Below, piece after piece: positions 1 to 7,533 of a stretch of DNA of 20,757 bases (within the stretch, counting starts at the first letter, position 1; the number at the start of each line of letters is the position of its first letter). The stretch comes from an uncultured Bdellovibrionales bacterium. GTDB taxonomy: Bacteria; Patescibacteriota; Minisyncoccia; Moranbacterales; UBA1568. The translations under genes and the position numbers were made by a program. Under the pieces are notes generated by a model. It had not been told where the DNA came from and did no database searches. It saw only the letters and a program-made list of their open reading frames with translations. Where the stretch lies: positions 1 through 20,757 of the forward strand of contig CAYNEL010000013.1 in the NCBI GenBank assembly GCA_964396225.1. Reading direction: 5' to 3'.

Positions 1-166
1 CGCCGATCTGCGGCGCGGCCAGGCCGATACCGTCCGCCGCGTGCATGCTTTCGAACATCACGGGGATGAGCGCCTGGATGTCCTGGGCGAGCGGGTCCTT
101 GACTTTCTTGGCCTTGGCCCGCAGCACGGCGGACTCGGGACCGGTGACGATGGGGAGGATGGACAT
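1..166 (-). CDS. def: peptide deformylase, N-terminal portion (gene continues past window start)
   Basis: Minus-strand translation from ATG (plus 164-166 = cat): MSILPIVTGPESAVLRAKAKKVKDPLAQDIQALIPVMFESMHAADGIGLAAPQIG, matching the conserved PDF N-terminus including the G-[IL]-G-L-A-A-P-Q motif; lies directly downstream of priA (common priA-def arrangement). Not in the ORF track because it is truncated by the window edge. Confidence 0.8.
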   Translation of the reverse strand, partial: MSILPIVTGPESAVLRAKAKKVKDPLAQDIQALIPVMFESMHAADGIGLAAPQIG

Positions 167-204
167 AGGGAAAATCGAACAGGGGGCTTCGGTCCGTAAA
201 AATA

Positions 205-2208
205 TCACGGAAAGACGGTCGGGTCAACGTCGAACGCCCAGACGACCGGCCCCGATGCAAGACGCCGGAGCACAGCTAGGACGGTAACGGGCAACGGCTC
301 TCCGGCAGGCCACCGGAGGAGGAGATGCCGGACGGCGCGGCCCCTCGGGGCCGCCGGGCGGGAGAGGGTCTCGACGCGTGTCCCAGGTGTTTCGGAAACG
401 GCCCGTTGCAACACGTCGAGAAGCCGCGCGGTCTCCCGTTCGAGGACGGAGACCTCCCGGGCTGTGCCGCGGATGAGCAGCAACCTCACGAACGGCGGGA
501 AACCGAAGGCCTCGCGGTCCGGGAGCAGCTCACGGAAGGCCGCCTCGGCGTCTCCGGTCAAAGCCCGAAAGAGCGGATTCTCGGGATGGAAGGTCTGGAT
601 AACCGCCTGGCCCTCCGAATCGGCCACTCGCCCGATGACGCTGCCCAGCTTGTGCAAGAGCTTTTCTTCGGCCCGGAAGTCGCCGGGCGCAAGAAGGTGG
701 TCGGCGTCTATCGCCCCAACCAGGGAAACCCCGGGAGCATGGAATCCCTTGATGGCCGCCTGGGTGCCGATGAGAACGTCGATCCGGCCGGCCCGGAAGG
801 CCGAGAGGAGACGGGCGTGTTCCCGGGGTTGAGCGAGGACGGAACGGTCGATCCGGCCGAGACGGGCGTGGGGGAAGCGCCGCCTCACTTCGCGCGCCAC
901 GCGTTCAGTCCCGAAGCCGACGTGCCGGAACGCGTGTCCACGGCAGACCGGGCAACGGAGAAAGGGACCGGAACGGTAGGGACAATGGAGGCAGACGAAC
1001 TGACCGGTTTCCGAAAGGACCAAGGCGCGTCCGCAATCGGGACAGCGCAGCGGCGTCCGGCACTGTTCGCACACCGAGAACCGGCTCATGCCGGCGTGGT
1101 TGATGAAGAGCAGCGCCTGCCGTCCGCGGGAGAGAGTATGTTCGAGCGCCTCGGCCAGGGGCCGGGAGAGGGGTGAAAAGTTCTGACGGTAGCGTTCCTC
1201 GCGGAGGTTGGCCAGGACGACGGCTGGGGCGGCGCGGCCAGGGAGACGCGGGAGCCGGCAATGGTTCAAGCGGCCGGTTTCGGCCTGCCGCCAGGTCTCA
1301 AGCCGGGGCAGGACAGCGGCCGACACCTCCCTCGCCCCGGTCTGCCGCGCCAACACGGATGCCGCCTCCCGCGCATCGTAACGCGGGGCCATGTCCCACT
1401 GCTTGTAACTCTCGTCCTGCTCCTCGTCCACGGCCACCAACCGGAGATCGGTGAAAGGGGCGAAGACCGCCTGACGTGTCCCCACCACGATGGCCGCCTC
1501 ACCGTTCCGGATGCGTTCCCACGCCGCACGATAGGCGCCGCGGGTGAGACGACTATGGACAAGCGCCGTACGGCCGGGGGCGTAGCGTGCGGCGCGGCGG
1601 AAGACCTCCTCGGCGAGACCTACCTCAGGCAAGAGGATGAGCGCCTGGCCAGCGCGGCGCGTCAGAGATCGGGCCACCGAGAGGAGAAGTTCCGTCTTAC
1701 CGGAACCGGAGGGCCCGGTCACCAGCGTCGGCCGCTTGAGGGCCGCAGGCGTTTTGATGAATCGGGCCGCCGCTTTCTGGGCAGTGCTCCAGCGTACGGG
1801 CGCCGACGAAGGGCTATCCACTTCCGTGTCTGCGCCGCGGTTGCGGACAGCACGTCGGGCGGGCGGCGGAGGGATGCTATGGACGAGGACGCGTCCGAGC
1901 GGGGTGAGGCAGGTGTCGGCGATATGGCGGGTGAGGGCGAGCTGGCCCGGGGTGAGGAGGGCAGCCTCGAGGACGGCCGAGATCGGGCGGTACCGATAGG
2001 GGACCCGCGAAGCCGCGGTTCGAGGACGGACGGCCAGCACGATACCACGGACCGTCCGCCGCCCGATAGGCACGGCCACAAGGGAACCGACCTCAAGATC
2101 CGCGGGACCGAGATAGGTAAAAAATGGCGCCCGGGAAAGAGGGAGGGGGGTGAGCGGCGCCACATCTGCCAGACAGTCTTGGTCACGGGGAAGGGGAGAG
2201 CGGGGCAT
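205..2208 (-). CDS. priA: primosomal protein N' (replication restart helicase PriA)
   Basis: Walker A LVTGPSGSGKTE, DEEQD (DExH-like) box, Cys4-Cys4 zinc-binding insertion (CEQCRTPLRCPDCGRALV...CLHCPY...CPVC), C-terminal helicase motifs. Start placed at ATG 2208 (MPRSPLPRDQDCLADVAPL...) rather than track GTG 2256, because a perfect TATAAT sits 6 nt upstream of this ATG and the PriA N-terminal domain alignment begins around DCLADVAPLTPLPL. Confidence 0.9.
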   Translation of the reverse strand: MPRSPLPRDQDCLADVAPLTPLPLSRAPFFTYLGPADLEVGSLVAVPIGRRTVRGIVLAVRPRTAASRVPYRYRPISAVLEAALLTPGQLALTRHIADTCLTPLGRVLVHSIPPPPARRAVRNRGADTEVDSPSSAPVRWSTAQKAAARFIKTPAALKRPTLVTGPSGSGKTELLLSVARSLTRRAGQALILLPEVGLAEEVFRRAARYAPGRTALVHSRLTRGAYRAAWERIRNGEAAIVVGTRQAVFAPFTDLRLVAVDEEQDESYKQWDMAPRYDAREAASVLARQTGAREVSAAVLPRLETWRQAETGRLNHCRLPRLPGRAAPAVVLANLREERYRQNFSPLSRPLAEALEHTLSRGRQALLFINHAGMSRFSVCEQCRTPLRCPDCGRALVLSETGQFVCLHCPYRSGPFLRCPVCRGHAFRHVGFGTERVAREVRRRFPHARLGRIDRSVLAQPREHARLLSAFRAGRIDVLIGTQAAIKGFHAPGVSLVGAIDADHLLAPGDFRAEEKLLHKLGSVIGRVADSEGQAVIQTFHPENPLFRALTGDAEAAFRELLPDREAFGFPPFVRLLLIRGTAREVSVLERETARLLDVLQRAVSETPGTRVETLSRPAAPRGRAVRHLLLRWPAGEPLPVTVLAVLRRLASGPVVWAFDVDPTVFP

Positions 2209-2250
2209 CTTTTGATTATACCCCGACGCTTTCCGGGTGAAGCCGGCTTG
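2209..2250 (-). promoter_or_regulatory. priA promoter; -10 TATAAT (plus 2215-2220) 6 nt upstream of ATG, implying leaderless/near-leaderless mRNA; weak -35 TTCACC
   Basis: Minus strand reads ...TTCACC-16/17nt-TATAAT-caaaag-ATG. No SD possible in 6 nt. Confidence 0.5.
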
Positions 2251-2284
2251 ATTCACACCCCAGGAACCGTTAGGCTGGAATCAT

Positions 2285-2866
2285 ATGCGACGCCGCAAAC
2301 TCTTCATCGGGGTGCCACTCGAGCCTGGGGCGACCAAGCGCCTCGAAAAAGCGCTCCTCCCGTATCAGCCACTCCCGATGCGCTGGGCCAGGCCGGAGCA
2401 CTACCACCTCACCGTACTCTTCATCGGTTACACCGCAGACGAACAGGTAGGGGAGATCTGCACCATGGTCGAAGAGGCGGCCCGCGCCGTACCGCCTTTC
2501 GAACTGCTTTTCGACCGTGTCACGCTCGTCCCTGAACAACTGGCCACGGGCGGCGTCCCAGAGATGCTCTGGCTCACCGGAGAAGCTAGCCAGCCGCTCC
2601 TTCACCTCCGAGAGGACCTCGAGGAACGGCTCGGCGTCTTCGTCGCCGGCAAAAAAAGCTTCCGGCCTCATATCACCCTTGGCCGGGTGCGCCTCGAACG
2701 CTGGTCCTCGCTCCAGGAGCCACCGACGATCGCCTTTGCCTTCGACAGCCTCCTATCCGTGGATACCCTGACCGTCTTCGAAAGCCTGTCCGGGAACGAC
2801 GGTGTCCGCTACGAACCGCTCGGCAGTTATCCGCTGCTCGGCGAAGAGGACGCCCCGGCCGCCTGA
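2285..2866 (+). CDS. thpR: RNA 2',3'-cyclic phosphodiesterase / 2'-5' RNA ligase family (2H phosphoesterase, ThpR/LigT-like)
   Basis: Two H-x-[TS]-x motifs in the expected positions: HLTVLF (N-half) and HITLGR (C-half); about 190 aa, typical size. Confidence 0.8.
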   Translation: MRRRKLFIGVPLEPGATKRLEKALLPYQPLPMRWARPEHYHLTVLFIGYTADEQVGEICTMVEEAARAVPPFELLFDRVTLVPEQLATGGVPEMLWLTGEASQPLLHLREDLEERLGVFVAGKKSFRPHITLGRVRLERWSSLQEPPTIAFAFDSLLSVDTLTVFESLSGNDGVRYEPLGSYPLLGEEDAPAA

Positions 2867-2885
2867 TGAAATATAGACACCCCTT

Positions 2886-3647
2886 ATGGCACACGTCTTC
2901 GGCATCTCGTGCGACAACCTAGACGACGAAACCCTGGCGGCCCGCCTCTCGGGCATGCTGGGGGACCCGCACTTCCACAGCGTCGTCTCCCTCAATCCCG
3001 AAATCCTCGTCCTGGCCCGACGCCATCCCGGCCTCGCGGAAGCGCTCCGTGCCGCCAACCTGCGCCTGCCGGACGGAGCCGGCATCCAGCTCGTCTTCTC
3101 GCTCTCGGGCGAACCGTTCCTCGGCCGCCATGCCGGCGCCGACTGCCTCCTCTCGCTCCTGGCCGAAGCCGAGTACCGCGGCTTGTCGGTCTTCTGCGCC
3201 GTCCGCCACGGCGGCCTCTCGGACTGGGTGACGGTGGCAGCCGCCCTCTCGCACCGTTTCCCGAAACTCAAGGTCTCCGGGGACGACTTCATCGTCAGCC
3301 GGACCGGGGCCGCCGACCCGAGCCGGCCCGAAAGCCTGGCTGCCCTCGAGAAAAGCGACCTTGTCTTCTGCAATTTCGGGGCGCCTGCCCAGGAACTCTT
3401 CATCGAAAGCCTGCGCTCCCTCCCCGGCATCCGGACCCGTCTCGGGATGGGTGTGGGCGGCGCCTTCGAATTCCTCACTGGCCGCCTGCTCCGCGCCCCG
3501 CGCTTCCTCCAGCGCCTCGGACTCGAGTGGTTGTGGCGGCTTATCCTCCAGCCTTCCCGTCTGCCGCGGATGTGGCGCGCCGTGGTAGTCTTCCCCTGGC
3601 TCGTCTGGTGGGAAAAAAGAAAAGACCCATCGCAAGACAGGTCTTGA
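2886..3647 (+). CDS. WecB/TagA/CpsF-family glycosyltransferase (N-acetylmannosaminyltransferase-like)
   Basis: Family signatures: SLNPE, LPDGAGI, C-terminal GLEWLWRLxxQPxRLPRMWR block. A -10-like TATAGA (2872-2877) lies 8 nt before the ATG and there is no SD. Confidence 0.8.
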   Translation: MAHVFGISCDNLDDETLAARLSGMLGDPHFHSVVSLNPEILVLARRHPGLAEALRAANLRLPDGAGIQLVFSLSGEPFLGRHAGADCLLSLLAEAEYRGLSVFCAVRHGGLSDWVTVAAALSHRFPKLKVSGDDFIVSRTGAADPSRPESLAALEKSDLVFCNFGAPAQELFIESLRSLPGIRTRLGMGVGGAFEFLTGRLLRAPRFLQRLGLEWLWRLILQPSRLPRMWRAVVVFPWLVWWEKRKDPSQDRS

Positions 3648-3683
3648 AGTGAACTCTCTGACAAACACTCTCCTTCCTCGCGA

Positions 3684-4055
3684 TCAGTCGCTGCATTCAA
3701 CGAAGATCCGGCGCGAGTTGTCCTTGAAGATGAACAACGTGCAGGAACCGGCGGAAAGGGACCGGCCCTGGCTCCGGGACGCCCGAGCCGTCGCCAGGGA
3801 GGCGACATACTCATTGAGACTGAGCGTCTGGTCGGGTCTCAGGAAGCCATCCGGTTGCTGCCAATCCGTGATTGCGGCGTCCGCCAGCTCCTCGGGCAAT
3901 CCTGCTTCCGCCCTCACTTCGACCGGATAACCGGATTGGGTGAGGTAGTATCCGACAGTCCGGAACTGCGGTTCCGCCGCCAGTCCGAGGGCCGGCAACA
4001 CGAGTAGGGCGCACACCCACATCAGTATCGACCGTGACATCTTGAAAGTACGCAT
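3684..4055 (-). CDS. small exported hypothetical protein (Sec signal peptide)
   Basis: Start chosen at ATG 4055 preceded by GGAGGA (minus strand, plus 4060-4065). N-terminus MRTFKMSRSILMWVCALLVLPALGLAAEP has the n-, h- and c-regions of a signal peptide (cleavage A-X-A). The track ORF extends further upstream to 4172, but that N-terminal extension has no RBS. Confidence 0.6.
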   Translation of the reverse strand: MRTFKMSRSILMWVCALLVLPALGLAAEPQFRTVGYYLTQSGYPVEVRAEAGLPEELADAAITDWQQPDGFLRPDQTLSLNEYVASLATARASRSQGRSLSAGSCTLFIFKDNSRRIFVECSD

Positions 4056-4171
4056 GGCGTCCTCCTTTTCGAGGATGAAACAACAGCGGGATAAAAGGTA
4101 CGGCGTGGCCCCGTTATAGCGCCTTTTTCCAAGGAAAGCAAGGCTGGCGCGCCACAGAGAAACCCGATACA

Positions 4172-5731
4172 ATGGGGAATATCCGACTTATGGCTGAAGA
4201 AAGGCAAAAAGTGAGGGTCCGTTTCGCCCCCTCTCCCACAGGCTACGTCCATCTGGGCTCCCTCCGCACCGCCCTCTACAATTTCCTCTATGCCAAAAAG
4301 CATGGCGGCGATTTTCTCCTGCGGATCGAGGACACGGACCAGAAACGCTTCGTCCCGGGAGCCCTTGAAAACCTCCTCTCCGTGCTCACCCGTTTCGGGA
4401 TGACACCAGACGAGGGGATGGCCCCAGCCAAAGAGGCACCCCCCAAAGCGACGCCTTCGGAACGTTATCCGGGCCTCGTCCACGTGGGCGGGCACGGCCC
4501 CTATGCCCAGTCCGAGCGCCTGGCCCTCTACCAGGAGAAGGCCGAGGGACTGGTGGCCGCCGGCCTAGCCTACTACTGTTTTTGCGACGAGACGCGCCTG
4601 ACGGAAGTGCGTGAGCGCCAACGGGCGGAGAAGACCGCTCCGCGCTACGACCGGCACTGCCTCAGGCTATCCAAACACGAGATCGAGGAGAAGCTCGCCG
4701 CGGGAATCCCAAAAGTCATCCGTCTCCGCATCCCGGACCACGAACGGATCATCTTGGACGACCTGGTACGCGGGCCGGTAGCTTTCGACACCGAGAACAT
4801 CGACGACCAAGTGCTGCTCAAGTCCGACGGGTTCCCGACCTATCATCTGGCGAGTGTGGTGGACGATCACCTGATGAAGATCACCCACGTGATGCGGAGC
4901 GAGGAGTGGCTCTCGAGCACGCCCAAACACCTCCTCCTCTACCGCGCCTTCCACTGGGTCCCTCCCCATTTCGCCCACTTCCCGCTCCTCCTCAATCCGG
5001 ACCGCTCCAAGCTTTCCAAACGCCAAGGCGACGTGGCCGTCGAGGATTACCTGAAACGCGGCTACCTCGAGGAAGCACTCATCAATTTCGTGGCCCTCCT
5101 CGGCTGGAACCCGGGAGAGGGGAGCGTCCAGGAAGTCTTCTCCTTGGACGACCTCACGGCCCGTTTCGACCTTGCCCATATCCACAAGGCCGGAGCGGTC
5201 TTCGACATTCAGAAACTCGACTGGCTAAACGCCCAGTACGTCAAACGCCTCGCCCCGGAAGACCTCTACGTGAGGAGCCGAACTTTCCTCGAAACCAAGA
5301 CGTTCTTCGCGGCGGCGCCCGCCGAACGCCGGACACCCGAATACATAAAAAAAGTCCTGGCCGTGGAACAGGAACGCCTCAGCCGCCTGGAACAGGTAGG
5401 TGAGGAACATCCGTATCTCTTCGAAGAACCGCGATATGAGGCGGCGCTCCTCCATTGGAAAGGCAATTCCTCCGAGGCGACCCGGGAAGCTCTGGGACGG
5501 GCACGCGATCTCTTCTCCGCCATACCGAGAGGGGAGTGGGAACGCGCGGCCCTGGCCGCCCAGCTCCTCGAGACCGCCGGGGAGAAACGGGGCGATTTCC
5601 TCTGGCCTCTCCGCGTCGCCCTTTCGGGAACCAAACAGTCCCCGCCGCCAGGGGATCTGGCTTGGGTCTTAGGACAAAGCGCTTCGCTGGAGCGTCTCGA
5701 ACAAGCCTTGAAAAAACTGAAAACGGCTTGA
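4172..5731 (+). CDS. gltX: glutamyl-tRNA synthetase
   Basis: VRVRFAPSPTGYVHLGS (class I HIGH-type motif), KLSKRQG (KMSKS motif), overall GluRS architecture with anticodon-binding C-terminal domain. Alternative start at ATG 4190 (MAEERQKVRVRF...). Neither has an SD, and TACAAT overlaps the first ATG. Confidence 0.92.
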   Translation: MGNIRLMAEERQKVRVRFAPSPTGYVHLGSLRTALYNFLYAKKHGGDFLLRIEDTDQKRFVPGALENLLSVLTRFGMTPDEGMAPAKEAPPKATPSERYPGLVHVGGHGPYAQSERLALYQEKAEGLVAAGLAYYCFCDETRLTEVRERQRAEKTAPRYDRHCLRLSKHEIEEKLAAGIPKVIRLRIPDHERIILDDLVRGPVAFDTENIDDQVLLKSDGFPTYHLASVVDDHLMKITHVMRSEEWLSSTPKHLLLYRAFHWVPPHFAHFPLLLNPDRSKLSKRQGDVAVEDYLKRGYLEEALINFVALLGWNPGEGSVQEVFSLDDLTARFDLAHIHKAGAVFDIQKLDWLNAQYVKRLAPEDLYVRSRTFLETKTFFAAAPAERRTPEYIKKVLAVEQERLSRLEQVGEEHPYLFEEPRYEAALLHWKGNSSEATREALGRARDLFSAIPRGEWERAALAAQLLETAGEKRGDFLWPLRVALSGTKQSPPPGDLAWVLGQSASLERLEQALKKLKTA

Positions 5732-5740
5732 ATAAGCCAG

Positions 5741-5768
5741 AAAGCGGCTATCATCAGCCGCTTTTTCC
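5741..5768 (+). terminator. rho-independent terminator of gltX
   Basis: GCGGCT-atcatc-AGCCGC stem-loop (5744-5761) followed by TTTTT (5762-5766), 13 nt after the gltX stop. Confidence 0.8.
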
Positions 5769-5769
5769 G

Positions 5770-5778
5770 TGGTATAAT
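5770..5778 (+). promoter_or_regulatory. extended -10 promoter TGGTATAAT for the M23 peptidase gene
   Basis: Perfect TGnTATAAT immediately after the gltX terminator T-tract; ATG of the downstream gene about 39 nt later, leader A-rich and SD-less. Confidence 0.6.
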
Positions 5779-5816
5779 GGAAACTGGTTTTTTCTGTCTT
5801 TTGCGAAAAGAAAAAC

Positions 5817-7061
5817 ATGCCCTCGCCTTCCCGCCACCCTTTCCTCCGTACCCCGATCATCCCTGCTTTAGGCCTGTTTGGGGCTCTTTTCGCTTGCTGG
5901 ACGCTCCTCGGGCCGCTGCCAGTGGCTGGAGCCGAAAGCGACGAGGAAAAGCTCAAGAAGATCAATGAGAAGATCGACGCCTACAACGAGCTCATCGAAC
6001 TCAAACAGAAACAGCAGAACACGCTCAACGTCCAGATCCAAAGCCTGGATTCGCAGGCGACAAAGCTCGAACAGGAGATCAAGAGCAACCAGGGTGAGAT
6101 CCTCTCCCTGGACACACAGATCCGGACGCTCACTGAAAAAATCGCCGAGAAGGAACGTGTCATCGTCACCCAACGCGCCCTCCTGGTCGAACTCATACGC
6201 GCCTACCAGGAAAGCCAGGGGAACGTCGAGTTCGCGCCCATCCTCGGGGCAGCCGACGCCCGGGCCGCCTGGAGAGGGGCTGATTGGACCATCGATACCG
6301 GCGGCAAGCTGGCTGAGCTCCTTGAGACCATCCAGGAGCTCCGGGACAGCCTGACCGCGGAAAAAGCGGCCCTCGACGACAAGCGCGTCCGGGCCGACTC
6401 GCTCCGCCTCCAACTCGAACAGCGGGACGCCTATCTCGATGCCACCAAACAGAGCAAGCAGAACCTCGTGACACAGGCCAAGCGCGAAGAACAGAAATAC
6501 AGCAACATCGTGGACGATCTCGAAAAGGAACGTGAGGAGATCGAGCGGGAAATCGAGGGCTTGGAATCCGGCAAAATCAGCAAACTCGACCTGAAGGACG
6601 TCCCCAAGTTCAAGCGCGGACTGCTCGGCTGGCCGTTCAAGAAGATCACCATCACCCAGGGCTACGGCAAGACCAGATTCACGCGCTGGTACACCTTCCA
6701 TAACGGCGTAGACTTCGCCGCGCCCACCGGCACGAGCGTGCTCGCAGCCGCCGACGGCAAGATCGTGGCCATCGGCAACAACGGCAAATACGCCTACGGC
6801 CGCTACGTCGCCATCGACCACGGCAACGGTCTGGTGACCATGTACGGCCACCTCTCCTCGGTTACCGCCAGGCTCGGCAGCAAGGTGAAGAAGGGCGACA
6901 CCATCGCTCGTTCCGGCAACACCGGCTATTCCACCGGACCACACCTCCACTTCACCGTCTTCGCCACCAAGTCCTTCGAGGTGGTCAAATCCAAATCCAT
7001 CGCGAGCGTCAAGGACATTCCGGTCGGCGCTACGCTCGACCCCCGCAAGTACCTGCCCTGA
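5817..7061 (+). CDS. M23-family peptidoglycan metalloendopeptidase with long N-terminal coiled coil (EnvC/PcsB/RipC-like architecture)
   Basis: N-terminal signal/anchor (IIPALGLFGALFACWTLLG...AGA-ES), about 230 aa of heptad-rich coiled coil (EKLKKINEKIDAYNELIELKQKQQ...). C-terminal LytM/M23 domain with intact catalytic HxxxD (HNGVDF) and HxH (PHLHF), so predicted catalytically competent. Confidence 0.88.
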   Translation: MPSPSRHPFLRTPIIPALGLFGALFACWTLLGPLPVAGAESDEEKLKKINEKIDAYNELIELKQKQQNTLNVQIQSLDSQATKLEQEIKSNQGEILSLDTQIRTLTEKIAEKERVIVTQRALLVELIRAYQESQGNVEFAPILGAADARAAWRGADWTIDTGGKLAELLETIQELRDSLTAEKAALDDKRVRADSLRLQLEQRDAYLDATKQSKQNLVTQAKREEQKYSNIVDDLEKEREEIEREIEGLESGKISKLDLKDVPKFKRGLLGWPFKKITITQGYGKTRFTRWYTFHNGVDFAAPTGTSVLAAADGKIVAIGNNGKYAYGRYVAIDHGNGLVTMYGHLSSVTARLGSKVKKGDTIARSGNTGYSTGPHLHFTVFATKSFEVVKSKSIASVKDIPVGATLDPRKYLP

Positions 7062-7099
7062 TCGATAGGCGGGTCATCGAGGAGATGATGGCCACCCCG

Positions 7100-7130
7100 C
7101 TCCCGCGAGGCGGCTTTATTTTATTTTGGA
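7100..7130 (+). terminator. probable terminator of M23 gene (short GC stem then TTTATTTTATTTT)
   Basis: CCGCgagGCGG stem (7103-7113) followed by T-rich tract 7115-7127. The stem is short, so confidence is moderate. Confidence 0.45.
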
Positions 7131-7329
7131 AAATTCCTATTTGTGTCCATGGAACACAAGACCCGGACCAAACTCCCCTAGCGACCTTCTTTGAAAAAAG
7201 AGGGGAGTGGATGGGCACGCTGCCCGCTACCTTTATCTGAAAGATGTGAGCCGGTGCACTCTTGAGAAAAATATGGCTGTGTCCAAATGAGCATTCGATC
7301 GATTCTGAGAGGGAAGGAGGGGTTGAAAA

Positions 7330-7434
7330 ATGTTTCCAAGGAGACAATCCCGGCCGCTGGTTTGTAAAAAACGGCTGGTTCCGGGGGAGGACGCCGCAGG
7401 ATTGAAAGAACGTTTCAGTCAGCCTGTTTCTTGA
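7330..7434 (+). CDS. candidate small ORF (34 aa, basic) with the strongest SD in the window
   Basis: GGGAAGGAGGGG (7310-7320) 9 nt upstream of ATG 7330; encodes MFPRRQSRPLVCKKRLVPGEDAAGLKERFSQPVS, stop TGA 7432-7434. It sits in a 470-bp intergenic region between convergent genes and is followed by a hairpin shared with the GGDEF terminator. No homology recognisable by eye. Confidence 0.25.
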   Translation: MFPRRQSRPLVCKKRLVPGEDAAGLKERFSQPVS

Positions 7435-7477
7435 TGGTATATGTCGCAAAAGTTACATTATGCGACTATATTGGGTA

Positions 7478-7506
7478 AGAAAAAAGGCCGCTCCAGAGCA
7501 GCCTTT
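7478..7506 (-). terminator. rho-independent terminator of the GGDEF gene (also plausible bidirectional terminator for the small ORF)
   Basis: Minus strand: GGCTGCTCTGGAGCGGCC stem-loop followed by TTTTTTCTT; 28 nt after the GGDEF stop (7534). Confidence 0.7.
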
Positions 7507-7533
7507 AAGACAATCCGTTTCTTCCGTCGCCCG

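Noticed and set aside
1261-2535. 424-aa plus-strand ORF (and 325..1176, 464..832) overlapping priA
   Set aside because: Antisense to a well-supported PriA gene; Arg/Gly/Pro-rich low-complexity translation typical of spurious ORFs in high-GC DNA.
2909-3668. 247-aa (+) and 249-aa (-) ORFs overlapping the WecG/TagA-like gene
   Set aside because: Alternative frame/antisense of a gene with clear family motifs; translations are RP-rich or acidic low-complexity with no start signals.
5868-6950. 360-aa minus-strand ORF antisense to the M23 peptidase
   Set aside because: Gly/Ala/Val-rich antisense artefact; M23 gene on the plus strand has signal peptide, coiled coil and catalytic motifs.
7140-7330. 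Considered a known riboswitch (ZTP or c-di-GMP-I) in the structured region before the 34-aa ORF
   Set aside because: I could not match the conserved core motifs of either class by eye; left as unexplained structure pending a covariance-model scan.
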